Virus record (IMG/VR): IMGVR_UViG_3300042946_001661
Location: 19,589 to 83,588 of that record
Direction: 5' to 3' (one strand)
Source: a virus
Length of the DNA stretch: 64,000 nt
Positions 26,025-36,865 of the stretch are shown here, piece by piece. A model generated the notes under the pieces. The model searched no databases. It had not been told where the DNA came from and worked only from the letters and a program-made list of their open reading frames with translations. Every line of letters begins with the position of its first letter. Within the stretch, counting starts at the first letter, position 1. Made by a program: the position numbers and the translations under genes.

Positions 26025-27680
26025 TTATGATTCACAACTTGAACAGGTTAAAATAGATCTGGCTAATTCTTGGGCTGGGTTTGCACTTCTTTGATAGTAG
26101 AAAGTTTTAATCCCCATCTCCCAACCCTCTATTAATAGGGAATTAACTTCCTTTGGAGGTGTGTTAGGAGGAATCATTAAGTTTAAAGATTGAGACTGGT
26201 CGATGTATTTTTGTCTTTGAGAAGCTTGGATGACTATTTCTTTTTGACTAATTTCTCCAAAAGTCTTAAAAACATCTTTTTCTTCTTGGGTAAGAAAATC
26301 TAAATGTTGTACTGATCCACCTCTAATCAAGATAGTCTTCCATGTATCATCATTATGTTGATCATATTTTTTAAGAATTTCTTTCAAATATGGATTTTTA
26401 TAAGTAAACTTTCCTTTTGCAAGATTTTTAACAAAATAGTTACTATTTAAAGGCTCTATACTGGGGCTTACCTGCCCTAGTATAAAGCTACTTGAAGTTG
26501 TAGGGGCAACAGCCAAAGTGGTCACATTTCGTCTACCATAGCCTTTAAGAAGATCTGGTTCTCCGTATTCCTTAGCCATATCTTCTGTAGCCTTATCTGC
26601 TCTTTGTCTAATAGTTTTCCAAATTTCAACATTAAGAAGCTTGGCTTGCATCGACTCGAATGCAATCATTTTAGATTGCAAAAATGAATGCCAACCTAAA
26701 ACGCCCATCCCTAATGCTCTTTGGTTTTTTGCGAAATTATGGGCAGCCTCCATATATTTCACACCTTCAGTTTTTTGAACAAATTCCTCATTAACAGCAT
26801 CAAGAAAATAAACCAATGTTTCTACAGCATCGGTATCTTTGATTTCATCCCAATGAAGTAAATTAAGACTGGATAAAACACATACAAAAGAGTTGTTTTC
26901 ATCAGATACAAGACTTATTTCAGAGCACAAATTACTACTTTTTATCTTTAGTTTATTATCTTTATAAACTTTTGGTGCTGCTTTGTTTACATTATCAGTA
27001 AACATTATATAAGGATAACCTGTTTCAAATCTTTTCTGTATTACTTTAGCCCAAATTTTTCTTTTGTCTTTGTCTCCATCAACAAGATCTTTCATGAATT
27101 TATCAGTAACAGTAACACCAATACTCATATTTTGAATAGAATGTCCTTCAGATCTAATCTGGAGGAACTCTTCGATATCGGTGTGCTCTACAGGAAGATA
27201 AGCTGCAAAACTTCCTCTGCGTGCTGACCCTTGACTAACTACATTTGCAACCTTGTCAAATATTTCCATAAAATGAACAGCACCACTAGATTCTCCGCCA
27301 ACACTAATAGGAGTCCCTCTGGCTCTTAGATCTCCGAAATATCCGCTGGTTCCTCCTCCTAATTTAGACATCATTCCCACTTCAGCAGTTTTAGTGAGAA
27401 TAGACTCCATAGTATCAGATACATGCGAGTTAAAACAACTTACAGGCAATCCTCTTTTATTTCCAAAATTGGTCCATATTGGTGTTGCAAGACTATAAAA
27501 GCCTTTTGACATATAGTTTTGGAATTTTTCAGAAAATCCTTTTATTTTAAGTATTTTCTCTGCATTGTCTGCTATTTGTTTGATTCTTTCTTCAGGTGAT
27601 ACACCTTCTTCCAGGTAACCTCTTTCGAGAAATAATCGACTATGGGAATTGAGCCAATAATAATCTTTGTTTGCTGTCAT
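26025..27680 (-). CDS. nrdA: class I ribonucleotide reductase alpha, short, without ATP cone
   Basis: PVSCF, GGG, SNLCSEI, CVLSS, APT, FYY, C-terminal CxxC. Confidence 0.95.
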   Translation of the reverse strand: MTANKDYYWLNSHSRLFLERGYLEEGVSPEERIKQIADNAEKILKIKGFSEKFQNYMSKGFYSLATPIWTNFGNKRGLPVSCFNSHVSDTMESILTKTAEVGMMSKLGGGTSGYFGDLRARGTPISVGGESSGAVHFMEIFDKVANVVSQGSARRGSFAAYLPVEHTDIEEFLQIRSEGHSIQNMSIGVTVTDKFMKDLVDGDKDKRKIWAKVIQKRFETGYPYIMFTDNVNKAAPKVYKDNKLKIKSSNLCSEISLVSDENNSFVCVLSSLNLLHWDEIKDTDAVETLVYFLDAVNEEFVQKTEGVKYMEAAHNFAKNQRALGMGVLGWHSFLQSKMIAFESMQAKLLNVEIWKTIRQRADKATEDMAKEYGEPDLLKGYGRRNVTTLAVAPTTSSSFILGQVSPSIEPLNSNYFVKNLAKGKFTYKNPYLKEILKKYDQHNDDTWKTILIRGGSVQHLDFLTQEEKDVFKTFGEISQKEIVIQASQRQKYIDQSQSLNLMIPPNTPPKEVNSLLIEGWEMGIKTFYYQRSANPAQELARSILTCSSCES

Positions 27681-27725
27681 TTTTGTGCTTTCTGGGTGTT
27701 TTATTATACCGTAGATTATTTAAAA

Positions 27726-28697
27726 TTAAAACAGATCTTCTTCAGAAAAACTTTGAGATTTTTTAGAGTACTCTGTCACTCTTGAATGAAAAAAATCTGT
27801 GGAGTTGTTTCCTAAAACCTGCTCTTCAAACCAAGTTGTTTTTGAAAGCACTTCTTTATCAACATCAAATATTTTATTATAACCAATTTGTTTTAAAGAA
27901 TCATTCATTCTATTTTTCACAAACTCTTTTAATATATTTGAATTTAATTTTTCAGAAACATATCCATTCACAATCCACTCTATTATTTGCATTTCATATT
28001 TTACAGCTTCTTTAGATTCACTTAATATTTTTTCTTCAAGCTCTTTATCAAATAATTCTGGGTGTTCTTTTCTTATTACATTGATGATCTTCATTCCTAT
28101 CATTGCATGAAGATTTTCTTCTCTTGAAGTATATTCTACTTGTTTATTAGTATCCTTTAATAAATTTTTATACCTACCGAACCAACTTATAGTATAAAAC
28201 TGGGAGAAAAGAGCTATATTCTCAACAAATAAAGTGAAAAGTATTAAAGAATAAATAAATTGTTTTTTATTATCTGAGTGGAATCTACGCAGATGTTTTC
28301 TTAGATAATTAACTCTTCCTTTAATAATATCTAATTCTAAAATATTATCAAAAGCATCATCTATTCCAAGAACTTCAAGAAGACGCTCATAAGCATCTCC
28401 ATGAATTACCTCTGTGTTTGCCATAACGTAACCCATATCGTTAATGCTGGGGTGGGGTAGGTTATCACCTAATTTAGCCCAAAACTTCTTAACGCTTATT
28501 TCAAGTTGTCCAATTGTAGCCAAGGCTCTTGTGATTATTTCTCTTTCTTGTTCAGTAAGAGAAACCTTAAAATCTTGTATGTCGCTTTGAAAATTAAATT
28601 CTTTATCTGTCCAGAACCCATTATGCATACTAGCAATAAAATCTTGTGTCCATGGATAATGATCTGGCTTCCTGCTAATTTGTTCGTCGAATATCAT
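27726..28697 (-). CDS. nrdB: class I ribonucleotide reductase beta (class Id-like)
   Basis: FW, QLEISVK, EVIH..AY, VE...LF, EE.LH, DFF. Confidence 0.93.
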   Translation of the reverse strand: MIFDEQISRKPDHYPWTQDFIASMHNGFWTDKEFNFQSDIQDFKVSLTEQEREIITRALATIGQLEISVKKFWAKLGDNLPHPSINDMGYVMANTEVIHGDAYERLLEVLGIDDAFDNILELDIIKGRVNYLRKHLRRFHSDNKKQFIYSLILFTLFVENIALFSQFYTISWFGRYKNLLKDTNKQVEYTSREENLHAMIGMKIINVIRKEHPELFDKELEEKILSESKEAVKYEMQIIEWIVNGYVSEKLNSNILKEFVKNRMNDSLKQIGYNKIFDVDKEVLSKTTWFEEQVLGNNSTDFFHSRVTEYSKKSQSFSEEDLF

Positions 28698-28829
28698 AAT
28701 AAAAATCTCCTAGTTTTTCTCTTAGCAGTTATCTAATGTTCTAAGTGTTAAAAATTTTTTTTATTAATTTTTGCCTTAAAAATAGATATTTTTAACGGTT
28801 CAGGATTATACAATTTTATAAGATTCTGA

Positions 28830-30836
28830 TCAATCGGATGATTTATTTTCATCGACTTCTAGTTTTGATATTCCGTTTTCCATTTTTAATTTAATAGTAT
28901 CACAACCAGAAAGCATGTTTAATAGATCTATATCATGGGTGGTTATAAAAATTTGTCTTTGTTCCGATAGTTCGCAAATCATATTGTATATTCCTTGAAC
29001 TCCCACTGGATCTATGTTAGTCGTAACCTCATCTAAAAAACATAAACTTGGACAAGTGTTGTTGACCAACATCATTATGTGTGCAAAACTTTGACTAACA
29101 GCTAGATTTAGCCTTCTTTTTTGACCCGCACTCATTGTGTAGTAGAAAAATTCTACATTTTCTTCTAAGTTTTTGTGTATGGTTTCTTCTAGTTCGTTAT
29201 TAAATTCAATTTTAATTCTATTGTCGTCCAACACTTGCATCCAGTATTCTAGCCTACTGTTTAATGCTGGAATAATGCTGTCTACGACCCATTTTCTGAT
29301 TCCGGAGTCTCCAAAAGCTTCTGTCCAGAATTCGTAATATGGAATATGCTTTTCTATATCTTTTATGTTTTTTTGTTTTTTTTCTAAATTATCTTTAGAT
29401 TTGTCTAAGTCGTTTTTCAATTCATTTATTATATCTTTGTAGGGACTATTTTCATAAATTTCTTTATACTTTTTAGCTTCCTCTTTCATCAATTCTATTT
29501 CTTTTTCTATTACATTTTTAGAATTATTGGACTCAGGTTCTTTTACAGAACTTAATTTTATAAATTCACTTCTAAGTTTTGATATAGAAGATTCAAGATC
29601 CTTTTCTTTTTTACAAATATCTTTAAAAGAAGTTTCTTTTTCTTTTAAAGATTCGCTTTCCTTAGAAAAATCTAATTCTAAAATATCTTTCAATATTTTA
29701 TCAATTTCAGATTGAATAGACTCATTTGATTTTTCATATTTTTTAATTACACCCTTATAATTTTCTGGGTTTATTTCACCATAACAGTTTTTACAAACTT
29801 GACCTGTCTTGTTGCTTTTTAACAATAATATTTCTTTATTATTTTTTTCAACTTCTGTTGTTTTTACACGCTTATCAAATTCAAGATTTTTTATATTTTC
29901 TTTGTTAGAATTTATTTTTTTATTAAGAGAGTCAATATCAATTTTTAAATTATTCTTTTGCTCAGATATTTTTTTAAACTCTAAACTTTCTGTTTCTATT
30001 TTTTTATTTACTTCTACAGATTTGGACCTAGATACTTGATAATTTTTTAACTCTTCATCATCATTTAAATTTTCAAGTAATTTTTCTTTTTCTTTTATTT
30101 TAGATATTATGTTTTTGATTTCGTTTTGTCTATCTAATTTCCACTTTTTTTCAGTCTGTAAAGAGTTTTCTATTTTATTTTCAATAGATTTATTGTTATT
30201 TAATATTAGTTCATATTCATTAGAAAGTTGTTTTAAATTAGATTTATTTTCTTTTAATAATATCTTACTGTTTTCAAATCTTTGTTTATAAACAGAAAGA
30301 GAAAGTAAATCTTCAATTATTTCTCTTTTTTCGGGAACCGTTGCCTCTAGAAAACAATTTACTTGATCATCGGTAAACACTGAAGTGCTTAAAAATGATT
30401 CATAAGATAAACCTATTATCTCTTCTATTCTTTGTTGTGTGTCCTGACTTTTCCCTTGTGTGTATTCATCCCATTTATCACCATCAAATTCCCATAATTT
30501 AAGATAATCTGGTGATCTTCCTCTTTGAATTTTATATTTATCAAAGACAACTTCGGTCTTGCAACCTTTTTTATAAATGTTGTGAATTACATCATTTTTA
30601 TTAAGTTTTTTTGGATTTTTAATAGTTTTTCCATACAAAGTCCAAACTATTATTTCTTGGATACTACTTTTACCAGAACCATTGCTACTTTCTTTGGTGT
30701 TGGCATCTTTGTAGTCTATATTTTCTCCCTTAATCAATATTATATTTCCTAGTGACTCAAAATCTATTTTTATTCCCTCTGGTCCGAATGGGAGGAAGTT
30801 TTGAGCCGATGCACTTTTAAATTTTAAATTTTTCAT
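28830..30836 (-). CDS. SbcC/Rad50-like recombination ATPase (T4 gp46)
   Basis: NGSGKSS, coiled coil with CKNC hook, MSAGQ, FLDE, ITTH. Confidence 0.93.
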   Translation of the reverse strand: MKNLKFKSASAQNFLPFGPEGIKIDFESLGNIILIKGENIDYKDANTKESSNGSGKSSIQEIIVWTLYGKTIKNPKKLNKNDVIHNIYKKGCKTEVVFDKYKIQRGRSPDYLKLWEFDGDKWDEYTQGKSQDTQQRIEEIIGLSYESFLSTSVFTDDQVNCFLEATVPEKREIIEDLLSLSVYKQRFENSKILLKENKSNLKQLSNEYELILNNNKSIENKIENSLQTEKKWKLDRQNEIKNIISKIKEKEKLLENLNDDEELKNYQVSRSKSVEVNKKIETESLEFKKISEQKNNLKIDIDSLNKKINSNKENIKNLEFDKRVKTTEVEKNNKEILLLKSNKTGQVCKNCYGEINPENYKGVIKKYEKSNESIQSEIDKILKDILELDFSKESESLKEKETSFKDICKKEKDLESSISKLRSEFIKLSSVKEPESNNSKNVIEKEIELMKEEAKKYKEIYENSPYKDIINELKNDLDKSKDNLEKKQKNIKDIEKHIPYYEFWTEAFGDSGIRKWVVDSIIPALNSRLEYWMQVLDDNRIKIEFNNELEETIHKNLEENVEFFYYTMSAGQKRRLNLAVSQSFAHIMMLVNNTCPSLCFLDEVTTNIDPVGVQGIYNMICELSEQRQIFITTHDIDLLNMLSGCDTIKLKMENGISKLEVDENKSSD

Positions 30837-31888
30837 TGAACCTTATACTCACAGATTTTTTTACCAATTTTAACAAGCAAGTCTTTGTCTAAACTTACTT
30901 TAGATTGACTAACATATTTCTCAAGCATTTCTTTTTCATCATACACAACATCTTTAATATCTTCTGTAGGTTTGTTTTTCTTGGAAATATTTTGTTTTAT
31001 TTTAAAATCAACTATTTTATTTTCGTTTAACAAATCTTTCTTCAACTTTATTATATCAACATTAGACATATCATCAACGAGAAGGTGTACAAAATTTCCG
31101 TTTAAGTCATACTTTTTAACATCTTCTTTTGTTAATATAAAATGCTTTGGACTAAAATCATTTTTGATATATTTTTTCTTTCTTGTTTTAGAGTCTAACA
31201 ATATTAGATGCTTATCCTCAAAAGCTTCTCCAAAACTTAATTGTAATGGGGAGCCAATATATTCTACTTTAGCATTAACTTTTTGTTCAGAATGAAAATG
31301 TCCTAAAAATACTTGTTCATATTCCATGAAAAGATCAGTGTCTACTGAAACCATATCTCCTTCATGCTCAACAACAATATCGCTAGAATATTTACCTACA
31401 TGCATTTTTGCTTGATTTAAAGCAATATGTCCAATTAAACATTGTTTTTCACCTTCAAGTGAATTTAATGTTTTCAAACTACTTACTGGATTTTGGGTAA
31501 AAGGAAGAAAATCCCAATTTAAACCATCTATTTCGAACCTAGAGGGTTTTGAGATTACTTTAACACCTTTGATTGATGAAAATGGATGGACGCTACTTAT
31601 ATCTGTGTTTTCATAAAACCAAAGATCATGATTTCCAAGTAAAAACCAAATATTAATATTGGTATCTTTTATGCTATTTTTAAGAGTATCATAAGCTCTG
31701 TGGTATGTGTAGATATCAATTTTCTGACGATCATGAAAAAAATCTCCACCAAATAATATATTTTTTACATTATTTTCTTTAGCTACATTAAAGACCCAGG
31801 GTATTATTTTTAAACAATCCTCAAGTCTTTCTAAGCTTTTTTTATGAGGATGAATATGAAGATCGCTAAACAACAATATATTTGCCAT
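30833..31888 (-). CDS. SbcD/Mre11-like nuclease (T4 gp47)
   Basis: SDLH, GGDFF, GNHD, GH, LGHFH, YIGSP. Confidence 0.93.
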   Translation of the reverse strand: MANILLFSDLHIHPHKKSLERLEDCLKIIPWVFNVAKENNVKNILFGGDFFHDRQKIDIYTYHRAYDTLKNSIKDTNINIWFLLGNHDLWFYENTDISSVHPFSSIKGVKVISKPSRFEIDGLNWDFLPFTQNPVSSLKTLNSLEGEKQCLIGHIALNQAKMHVGKYSSDIVVEHEGDMVSVDTDLFMEYEQVFLGHFHSEQKVNAKVEYIGSPLQLSFGEAFEDKHLILLDSKTRKKKYIKNDFSPKHFILTKEDVKKYDLNGNFVHLLVDDMSNVDIIKLKKDLLNENKIVDFKIKQNISKKNKPTEDIKDVVYDEKEMLEKYVSQSKVSLDKDLLVKIGKKICEYKVQ

Positions 31889-31939
31889 GAAATTTTTATA
31901 TCATGTTTCAAACTTAAATTCCAGTATTATTTTTGATCA

Positions 31940-32071
31940 TCATTCTGAAAACATCTTCTCAGCCAACTTGACCCAAAGACAGATCAAATACAGCATTAAC
32001 GGCACCCAAATAGGGACGAGCAATAAAATAACAAACCACCACGGAACACCGAACACAAGAATTGGCATCAT
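31940..32071 (-). CDS. 43 aa membrane peptide (not in ORF track)
   Basis: MMPILVFGVPWWFVILLLVPIWVPLMLYLICLWVK...; ATGA overlap with upstream stop, GGAGG nearby. Confidence 0.55.
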   Translation of the reverse strand: MMPILVFGVPWWFVILLLVPIWVPLMLYLICLWVKLAEKMFSE

Positions 32072-32445
32072 CCCTCCTCATATTCTTTTTGTTTTTGATC
32101 TTTTTGATCTTTTTTATCCTCTTCTTTTGATCCTCCTAAAATTCTTTCTAATACATCCCAAATATTGTTACTTTTCAAACCTTGTGGTTTCATACCAGCA
32201 GCACCAGTTGCACCAGGTCCACCTAAACCACCTAAATCCATTGAAGGTCCACCGGGAGGTCCGCCCATTCCCATAGGTGGTCCTCCACTAAAACCTGGGG
32301 GCGGTCCTCCAGCACCTAAATCAGGAATTGAACCTAAATCTCCTGCGGGAGCGGCTGGGGCTGATCCTCCGGGTGATCCTCCAGATGGAGGAGGTGGAGC
32401 AGCATCTGCTTCTTTTAAAAGTTTGTATTTTGAATATGAAATCAT
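32068..32445 (-). CDS. Pro/Gly-rich late protein (MISYSKYKLLKEA)
   Basis: Start reassigned using the TATATA box 5 nt upstream; LKE site. Confidence 0.7.
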   Translation of the reverse strand: MISYSKYKLLKEADAAPPPPSGGSPGGSAPAAPAGDLGSIPDLGAGGPPPGFSGGPPMGMGGPPGGPSMDLGGLGGPGATGAAGMKPQGLKSNNIWDVLERILGGSKEEDKKDQKDQKQKEYEEG

Positions 32446-32450
32446 AATAA

Positions 32451-32456
32451 TATATA
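32451..32456. promoter_or_regulatory. bidirectional TATATA late box
   Basis: 5 nt from CAT 32445 and 7 nt from ATG 32464; only 18 nt separate the divergent starts. Confidence 0.7.
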
Positions 32457-32463
32457 TTATATT

Positions 32464-32871
32464 ATGAAAAGTTTTAAAACTTGGCTTGAAGAAGAACAAC
32501 CAATATCAATTCAACCTGGACTTGTCGGTGGTCCTCTTGACACTCCAAAAAAATCTTGGAGTGGAAAGAAAAAAGAAATAATAAATTTTTGGAAAGCACT
32601 GCCAGAAATGCCATTGTTGGTTACTCCTATTCCTAATATTCATAAAGGATCTACATTCGCTGAGGACGGCATCAGAATTACTGGAAGTCCTAACTATATT
32701 TATAGCGTTTTAACTCGTTTAAAAGATTTTTTACCATTGGAGTCCGATACAACCAAGCTTCAACTTTTGTTTAGAGAATCAGATAAAATTAATCCAAACC
32801 GTCCAAATAAAAAATCTTATGCTTTTTATATACAAGTAAAACAAAGAGGCGGAAAAACCCAGCAATCTTAG
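32464..32871 (+). CDS. late protein with capsid-targeting-like N-terminus (MKSFKTWLEE)
   Basis: 135 aa ORF. Confidence 0.7.
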   Translation: MKSFKTWLEEEQPISIQPGLVGGPLDTPKKSWSGKKKEIINFWKALPEMPLLVTPIPNIHKGSTFAEDGIRITGSPNYIYSVLTRLKDFLPLESDTTKLQLLFRESDKINPNRPNKKSYAFYIQVKQRGGKTQQS

Positions 32872-32925
32872 TATTTCTATTTTACTCTCAAGAGGCTATA
32901 ATGAGTTTTTTGAGAAAATATTTTT

Positions 32926-33987
32926 ATGATAGAAATAACCAATGAGCAAAAAGATGTCATTAGAGGAGTTTTAAAAGATTTAAAAAACAAACAATACGTC
33001 ACACTGGGTGGTTATGCTGGGACTGGTAAAAGCACAATAATAAACATACTTAAAAACAAATTAAGTAATTTTGCAGTAGGAGCATACACAGGAAAAGCTG
33101 CAAATGTTTTGCGTCTTAAAGGAATGGGTGATGCCAGAACAATTCACAATTTAATTTATTATCCTGTAAAAGAGGAAGAAGAAACCATTTGGCTAAAATG
33201 TCCTTATGTAGAATTTGATGGATTCATAATTGACGAAGCAAGCATGGTCAGCAGAGAGATTCATGAAGATTTAATGAGTTATAGAAAACCAATTATTTAT
33301 ATTGGAGATCATGGACAACTAGAGCCTATCGGAAGCAAATTTAATTTAATGCAAAATCCAGATTATAGACTGGAAACAATCCATAGAAATGCTGGAGATA
33401 TAGCCTATTTTGCCGATCATCTTAGGCAAGGAAACTGTCCTAAGAAATTTGAATCTTCAAATAAAGTTAAAATAATTAATAAATCTATCATAGAAGATGA
33501 TCATTTATTAAAAGCAGAGCAAGTAATATGTGCTTTTAATAAAACAAGAGTTTCAATAAATAATAGGGTTAGAAATTCTCTAAATCTACAAGAAGTAATA
33601 AATATAGGCGAAAAAATAATTTGCCTTAGAAATAATAGAAAGCTACAACTTTTTAATGGAATGCAAGGCATAGTCACAGAGCTTCACAAATTTCATAGAT
33701 TTAGTTTTATATCTGGCGATGCTCTGTACTCTAACATGCTTTATGATTATAATCAATTTGGTAAAGAAAAGAATGAGTTTGAATTTTTAAGTGATGAAAA
33801 TCCTTTTGATTATGCTTATGCTATCACAACACACAAGAGTCAAGGCGATAGCTTTAATTCAGTGATAGTTTTTGAAGAAAAATGCGACAAATGGTGCCAT
33901 AAAAGATGGAGTTATACGGCAGCAAGCAGAGCGAAAAAATTACTTATTTGGGCAATTTCAGAAAGATATAAACCGAGTTATTTATGA
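32926..33987 (+). CDS. Dda/RecD-like SF1B helicase
   Basis: GYAGTGKS, TGKAA, TIH, DEASM, GD..QL, YAITTHKSQG, YTA.SRA. Confidence 0.93.
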   Translation: MIEITNEQKDVIRGVLKDLKNKQYVTLGGYAGTGKSTIINILKNKLSNFAVGAYTGKAANVLRLKGMGDARTIHNLIYYPVKEEEETIWLKCPYVEFDGFIIDEASMVSREIHEDLMSYRKPIIYIGDHGQLEPIGSKFNLMQNPDYRLETIHRNAGDIAYFADHLRQGNCPKKFESSNKVKIINKSIIEDDHLLKAEQVICAFNKTRVSINNRVRNSLNLQEVINIGEKIICLRNNRKLQLFNGMQGIVTELHKFHRFSFISGDALYSNMLYDYNQFGKEKNEFEFLSDENPFDYAYAITTHKSQGDSFNSVIVFEEKCDKWCHKRWSYTAASRAKKLLIWAISERYKPSYL

Positions 33988-35399
33988 CAAAACTTATTTT
34001 ACAAAATGATTTTAGCTACCTAGTTTCAGAAGACAATAGTTTAAAAAGTTTGCTATCTAGTAGTTTGAAATTTAGAGAAAAAAATTATTTTCATAACAGA
34101 AGATATAAAATGAAAATATGGGATGGATATGTAGATTTCTTTCAAAAAGAAAATGGAAAGTTTCTTACTGGGTTGCTTCCAGAAATTAAAGCAGTTCTTA
34201 AAAAGAAAGATATAAACTATGAAATAGAAGACAAAAGAACAAAAATAAATTTTTTATATGACTCTGTTGATAATAAGTTCGGCAGTAGGTGGGTTAAAAA
34301 TAAAAAAATAGATTTATATGATTATCAAGTCGATTTTATAAATCAAGTTATAAAACATAATAGAGGAGTAATATTTGCTCCTACGAGCAGTGGCAAGTCT
34401 GCCACTATGGTTGGAATACTTAAAACAATAATACCCGGAACTAAAATTTTAGTTTTGCAAAACAGACTTAGTCTAGCTGTACAAAACTATGAAGAGATAT
34501 GTAATTGGGGCTTTGAAAATGTTGGAAGATTGTGGTCAGGAAAAAATGAACCCAATATAATAACAGTGGCTAATGTTCAGAGTATAATAAAAATAGAAAA
34601 ACAACTTTCTGATGTTGAAGTTTTAATTGTTGATGAAATTCACGATATGATGAGTAAACTTCCAAAGGCGGTCTATAGGCGATTAAAAAATTGTTCTGTT
34701 CGTGTTGCGATGAGTGCAACTCCATTCAAATTTGGAGAAACAGATAAAGTCCAAAAATATTATGTTAAGGGATTTTTTGGACCTGTTTTAAAAACAACAA
34801 CAACAGAAAACGGTATTCTTACTACTCAAGAATTGCAAAATAGAAATATTTTATCAAAAAGTAAATGTATATTTTATGAAATAAATGATCCTAAAGATAT
34901 ACAATACGATATATATATCGATGCTGTTACTCGTGGAATAGCTGAAAATCACAACTTCCACAAAATTGTTAAAAATTTAGTTAGTTCTTTAAGTGGAAGA
35001 ACGTTAGTTCTTGTCGATAGAATTGCCCATGGAGATATGTTAAAAACTTTAATGCCCGACAGTATTTGGGTTCAAGGTAAAGATAATATAAAAACAAGAA
35101 AAGAAGCAATAGAAATATTAAAAAAGAGTAAAACCGACGTAACCATTTTAGCAACACAACAAATTTTTAATACTGGCGTTAGTTTCTTTTGTCATAATTT
35201 AATCAATGCTGCTGGTGGTCAAGCAGATCACATGATAGTTCAAAGAATGGGAAGAGGACTAAGAACAGCAGATGATAAAGAAATATTGAATTACTTCGAC
35301 TTTTTATTTAGAACAAATAAATATTTGGAAAAACACAGCGAAAAAAGAATAAAAATTCTAAGAAAAGAAGGACATGAGGTAGAGATTAAAAGCTTATGA
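33984..35399 (+). CDS. UvsW-like SF2 helicase
   Basis: YQ, PTSSGKS, DEIH, SAT, QRMGRGLR. Confidence 0.9.
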   Translation: MTKLILQNDFSYLVSEDNSLKSLLSSSLKFREKNYFHNRRYKMKIWDGYVDFFQKENGKFLTGLLPEIKAVLKKKDINYEIEDKRTKINFLYDSVDNKFGSRWVKNKKIDLYDYQVDFINQVIKHNRGVIFAPTSSGKSATMVGILKTIIPGTKILVLQNRLSLAVQNYEEICNWGFENVGRLWSGKNEPNIITVANVQSIIKIEKQLSDVEVLIVDEIHDMMSKLPKAVYRRLKNCSVRVAMSATPFKFGETDKVQKYYVKGFFGPVLKTTTTENGILTTQELQNRNILSKSKCIFYEINDPKDIQYDIYIDAVTRGIAENHNFHKIVKNLVSSLSGRTLVLVDRIAHGDMLKTLMPDSIWVQGKDNIKTRKEAIEILKKSKTDVTILATQQIFNTGVSFFCHNLINAAGGQADHMIVQRMGRGLRTADDKEILNYFDFLFRTNKYLEKHSEKRIKILRKEGHEVEIKSL

Positions 35400-35791
35400 A
35401 ACTCGACACAACATCAAGAGATAGTGATGAAAAGCTCCCAGAATGGGCAGTAATGTATTTTAACCAAGAAAGAGTTGTAGAATACCTTATAATACCTTGT
35501 ATTGATGGTCTTGGAAATGAATTTTTTGCAGCTGGAGCTACTATGAGAATAGGAAGAAAAGAAAGAAGTCGTACTGATTACGATACCATGCCAGGCAGTG
35601 ATTCCATCAAGTTTTTAAGCAAATTAAGACATAAGTCAAAAGAGAATGCAATATTAGAAATTGAAGAACATATAATATCTTACAGAGAAAAAGATGTTAA
35701 GCCTAAAACAAAAGAAATAGAAAAAGTTTCAATATCTGATTTTAAATCAAAAAAATTAAAACTTTTAACTTTTGAAAATCAATCTAGCTAA
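35396..35791 (+). CDS. hypothetical protein
   Basis: 131 aa, coupled to the helicase. Confidence 0.6.
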   Translation: MKLDTTSRDSDEKLPEWAVMYFNQERVVEYLIIPCIDGLGNEFFAAGATMRIGRKERSRTDYDTMPGSDSIKFLSKLRHKSKENAILEIEEHIISYREKDVKPKTKEIEKVSISDFKSKKLKLLTFENQSS

Positions 35792-36038
35792 CAGCTCTAA
35801 CTAAATCCCCCACAGTTTGATTGTTAGATAATATTACTTTTTCTAAACTATCTTTTGCTATATCAGATAACTCATCATAAAAATTACTATCTTTTATTTT
35901 TCTTAATAAACTTTTCTTGTTAAAGGTGTCTAGAGCCATCGATAATCCTTGATTTTTATCTAGATCTAGGTAGCTTATAAAAAAATCTTTATTTTTATCA
36001 AATTCTTTGTCTTCCACCCATAATTTAAATCTTTTCAT
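35784..36038 (-). CDS. late protein with capsid-targeting-like N-terminus (MKRFKLWVE)
   Basis: Start reassigned; box 5 nt upstream. Confidence 0.7.
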   Translation of the reverse strand: MKRFKLWVEDKEFDKNKDFFISYLDLDKNQGLSMALDTFNKKSLLRKIKDSNFYDELSDIAKDSLEKVILSNNQTVGDLVRAVS

Positions 36039-36043
36039 ATTAA

Positions 36044-36051
36044 TATATATA
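36044..36051. promoter_or_regulatory. bidirectional TATATATA late box
   Basis: 5 nt from CAT 36038 and 6 nt from ATG 36058. Confidence 0.75.
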
Positions 36052-36057
36052 AAATAT

Positions 36058-36864
36058 ATGGAAAATAAATTAGAGTTTAACAATTGGTATAAATTACAAG
36101 AATATGCAGACTATGGATTCTCGGATATTTCAACGAGAATAATAGAAAAAGATACAAATTTTAAACCTAAGATTACAAATGTAATGTTTAAAGTTGACGA
36201 ATTCTTAGATAGACTAACTCAAATATTGAACGGAGAAAGTAAAAAAATAGTAAGAAAATGGGCTGAAGAGATAATTTGGACAGATAATAATCATTTAATG
36301 GAAACAAATGTAAACCCATTTGGATCTCTTAGGATAACAACAAGAAAGTATATCAAAGATTTAAATGGAGATGTTACACCAATTTGTAAAGATGTTTTTG
36401 ATATAGATGAAAAACATAACGGAAAAGAATATGATATAGCAGAAGTTCTTTATGAACGAATTAAAAAAATAAGACAACAAAATTTTGACTATCCATTGAA
36501 AGAATATAAAGATATTGAAAATTTAGCAGTAAACTTATATAAAGCATGTTTAAATGAATATCCTTCATATATTATGTTTCCAAAAGGTCTTAAAAAAATA
36601 AAAGAAAATTATTATAAAGTATTTTTTGAATTTAAAGGATCTGGTGCCGGAGCACCCGGTAGTATTAGGGCAGAGCAGTTTAATATAGATTTAGCATTTG
36701 ATGAAAATAAAGGTTTACTGAAGTGCTGGGGCTATAACATAGATAGCCCGATGAAACAAAGATTGTTTATAGCACAGCCTAGTGAATGGTATGAATATTT
36801 TTCTCCAAAAGAAGATAAAAATAAAATCATAAAATGCATAATCAAAACACTGATGACATATTAA
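36058..36864 (+). CDS. late protein (MENKLEFNNWYKLQE)
   Basis: Start reassigned; degenerate targeting motif. Confidence 0.7.
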   Translation: MENKLEFNNWYKLQEYADYGFSDISTRIIEKDTNFKPKITNVMFKVDEFLDRLTQILNGESKKIVRKWAEEIIWTDNNHLMETNVNPFGSLRITTRKYIKDLNGDVTPICKDVFDIDEKHNGKEYDIAEVLYERIKKIRQQNFDYPLKEYKDIENLAVNLYKACLNEYPSYIMFPKGLKKIKENYYKVFFEFKGSGAGAPGSIRAEQFNIDLAFDENKGLLKCWGYNIDSPMKQRLFIAQPSEWYEYFSPKEDKNKIIKCIIKTLMTY

Positions 36865-36865
36865 T

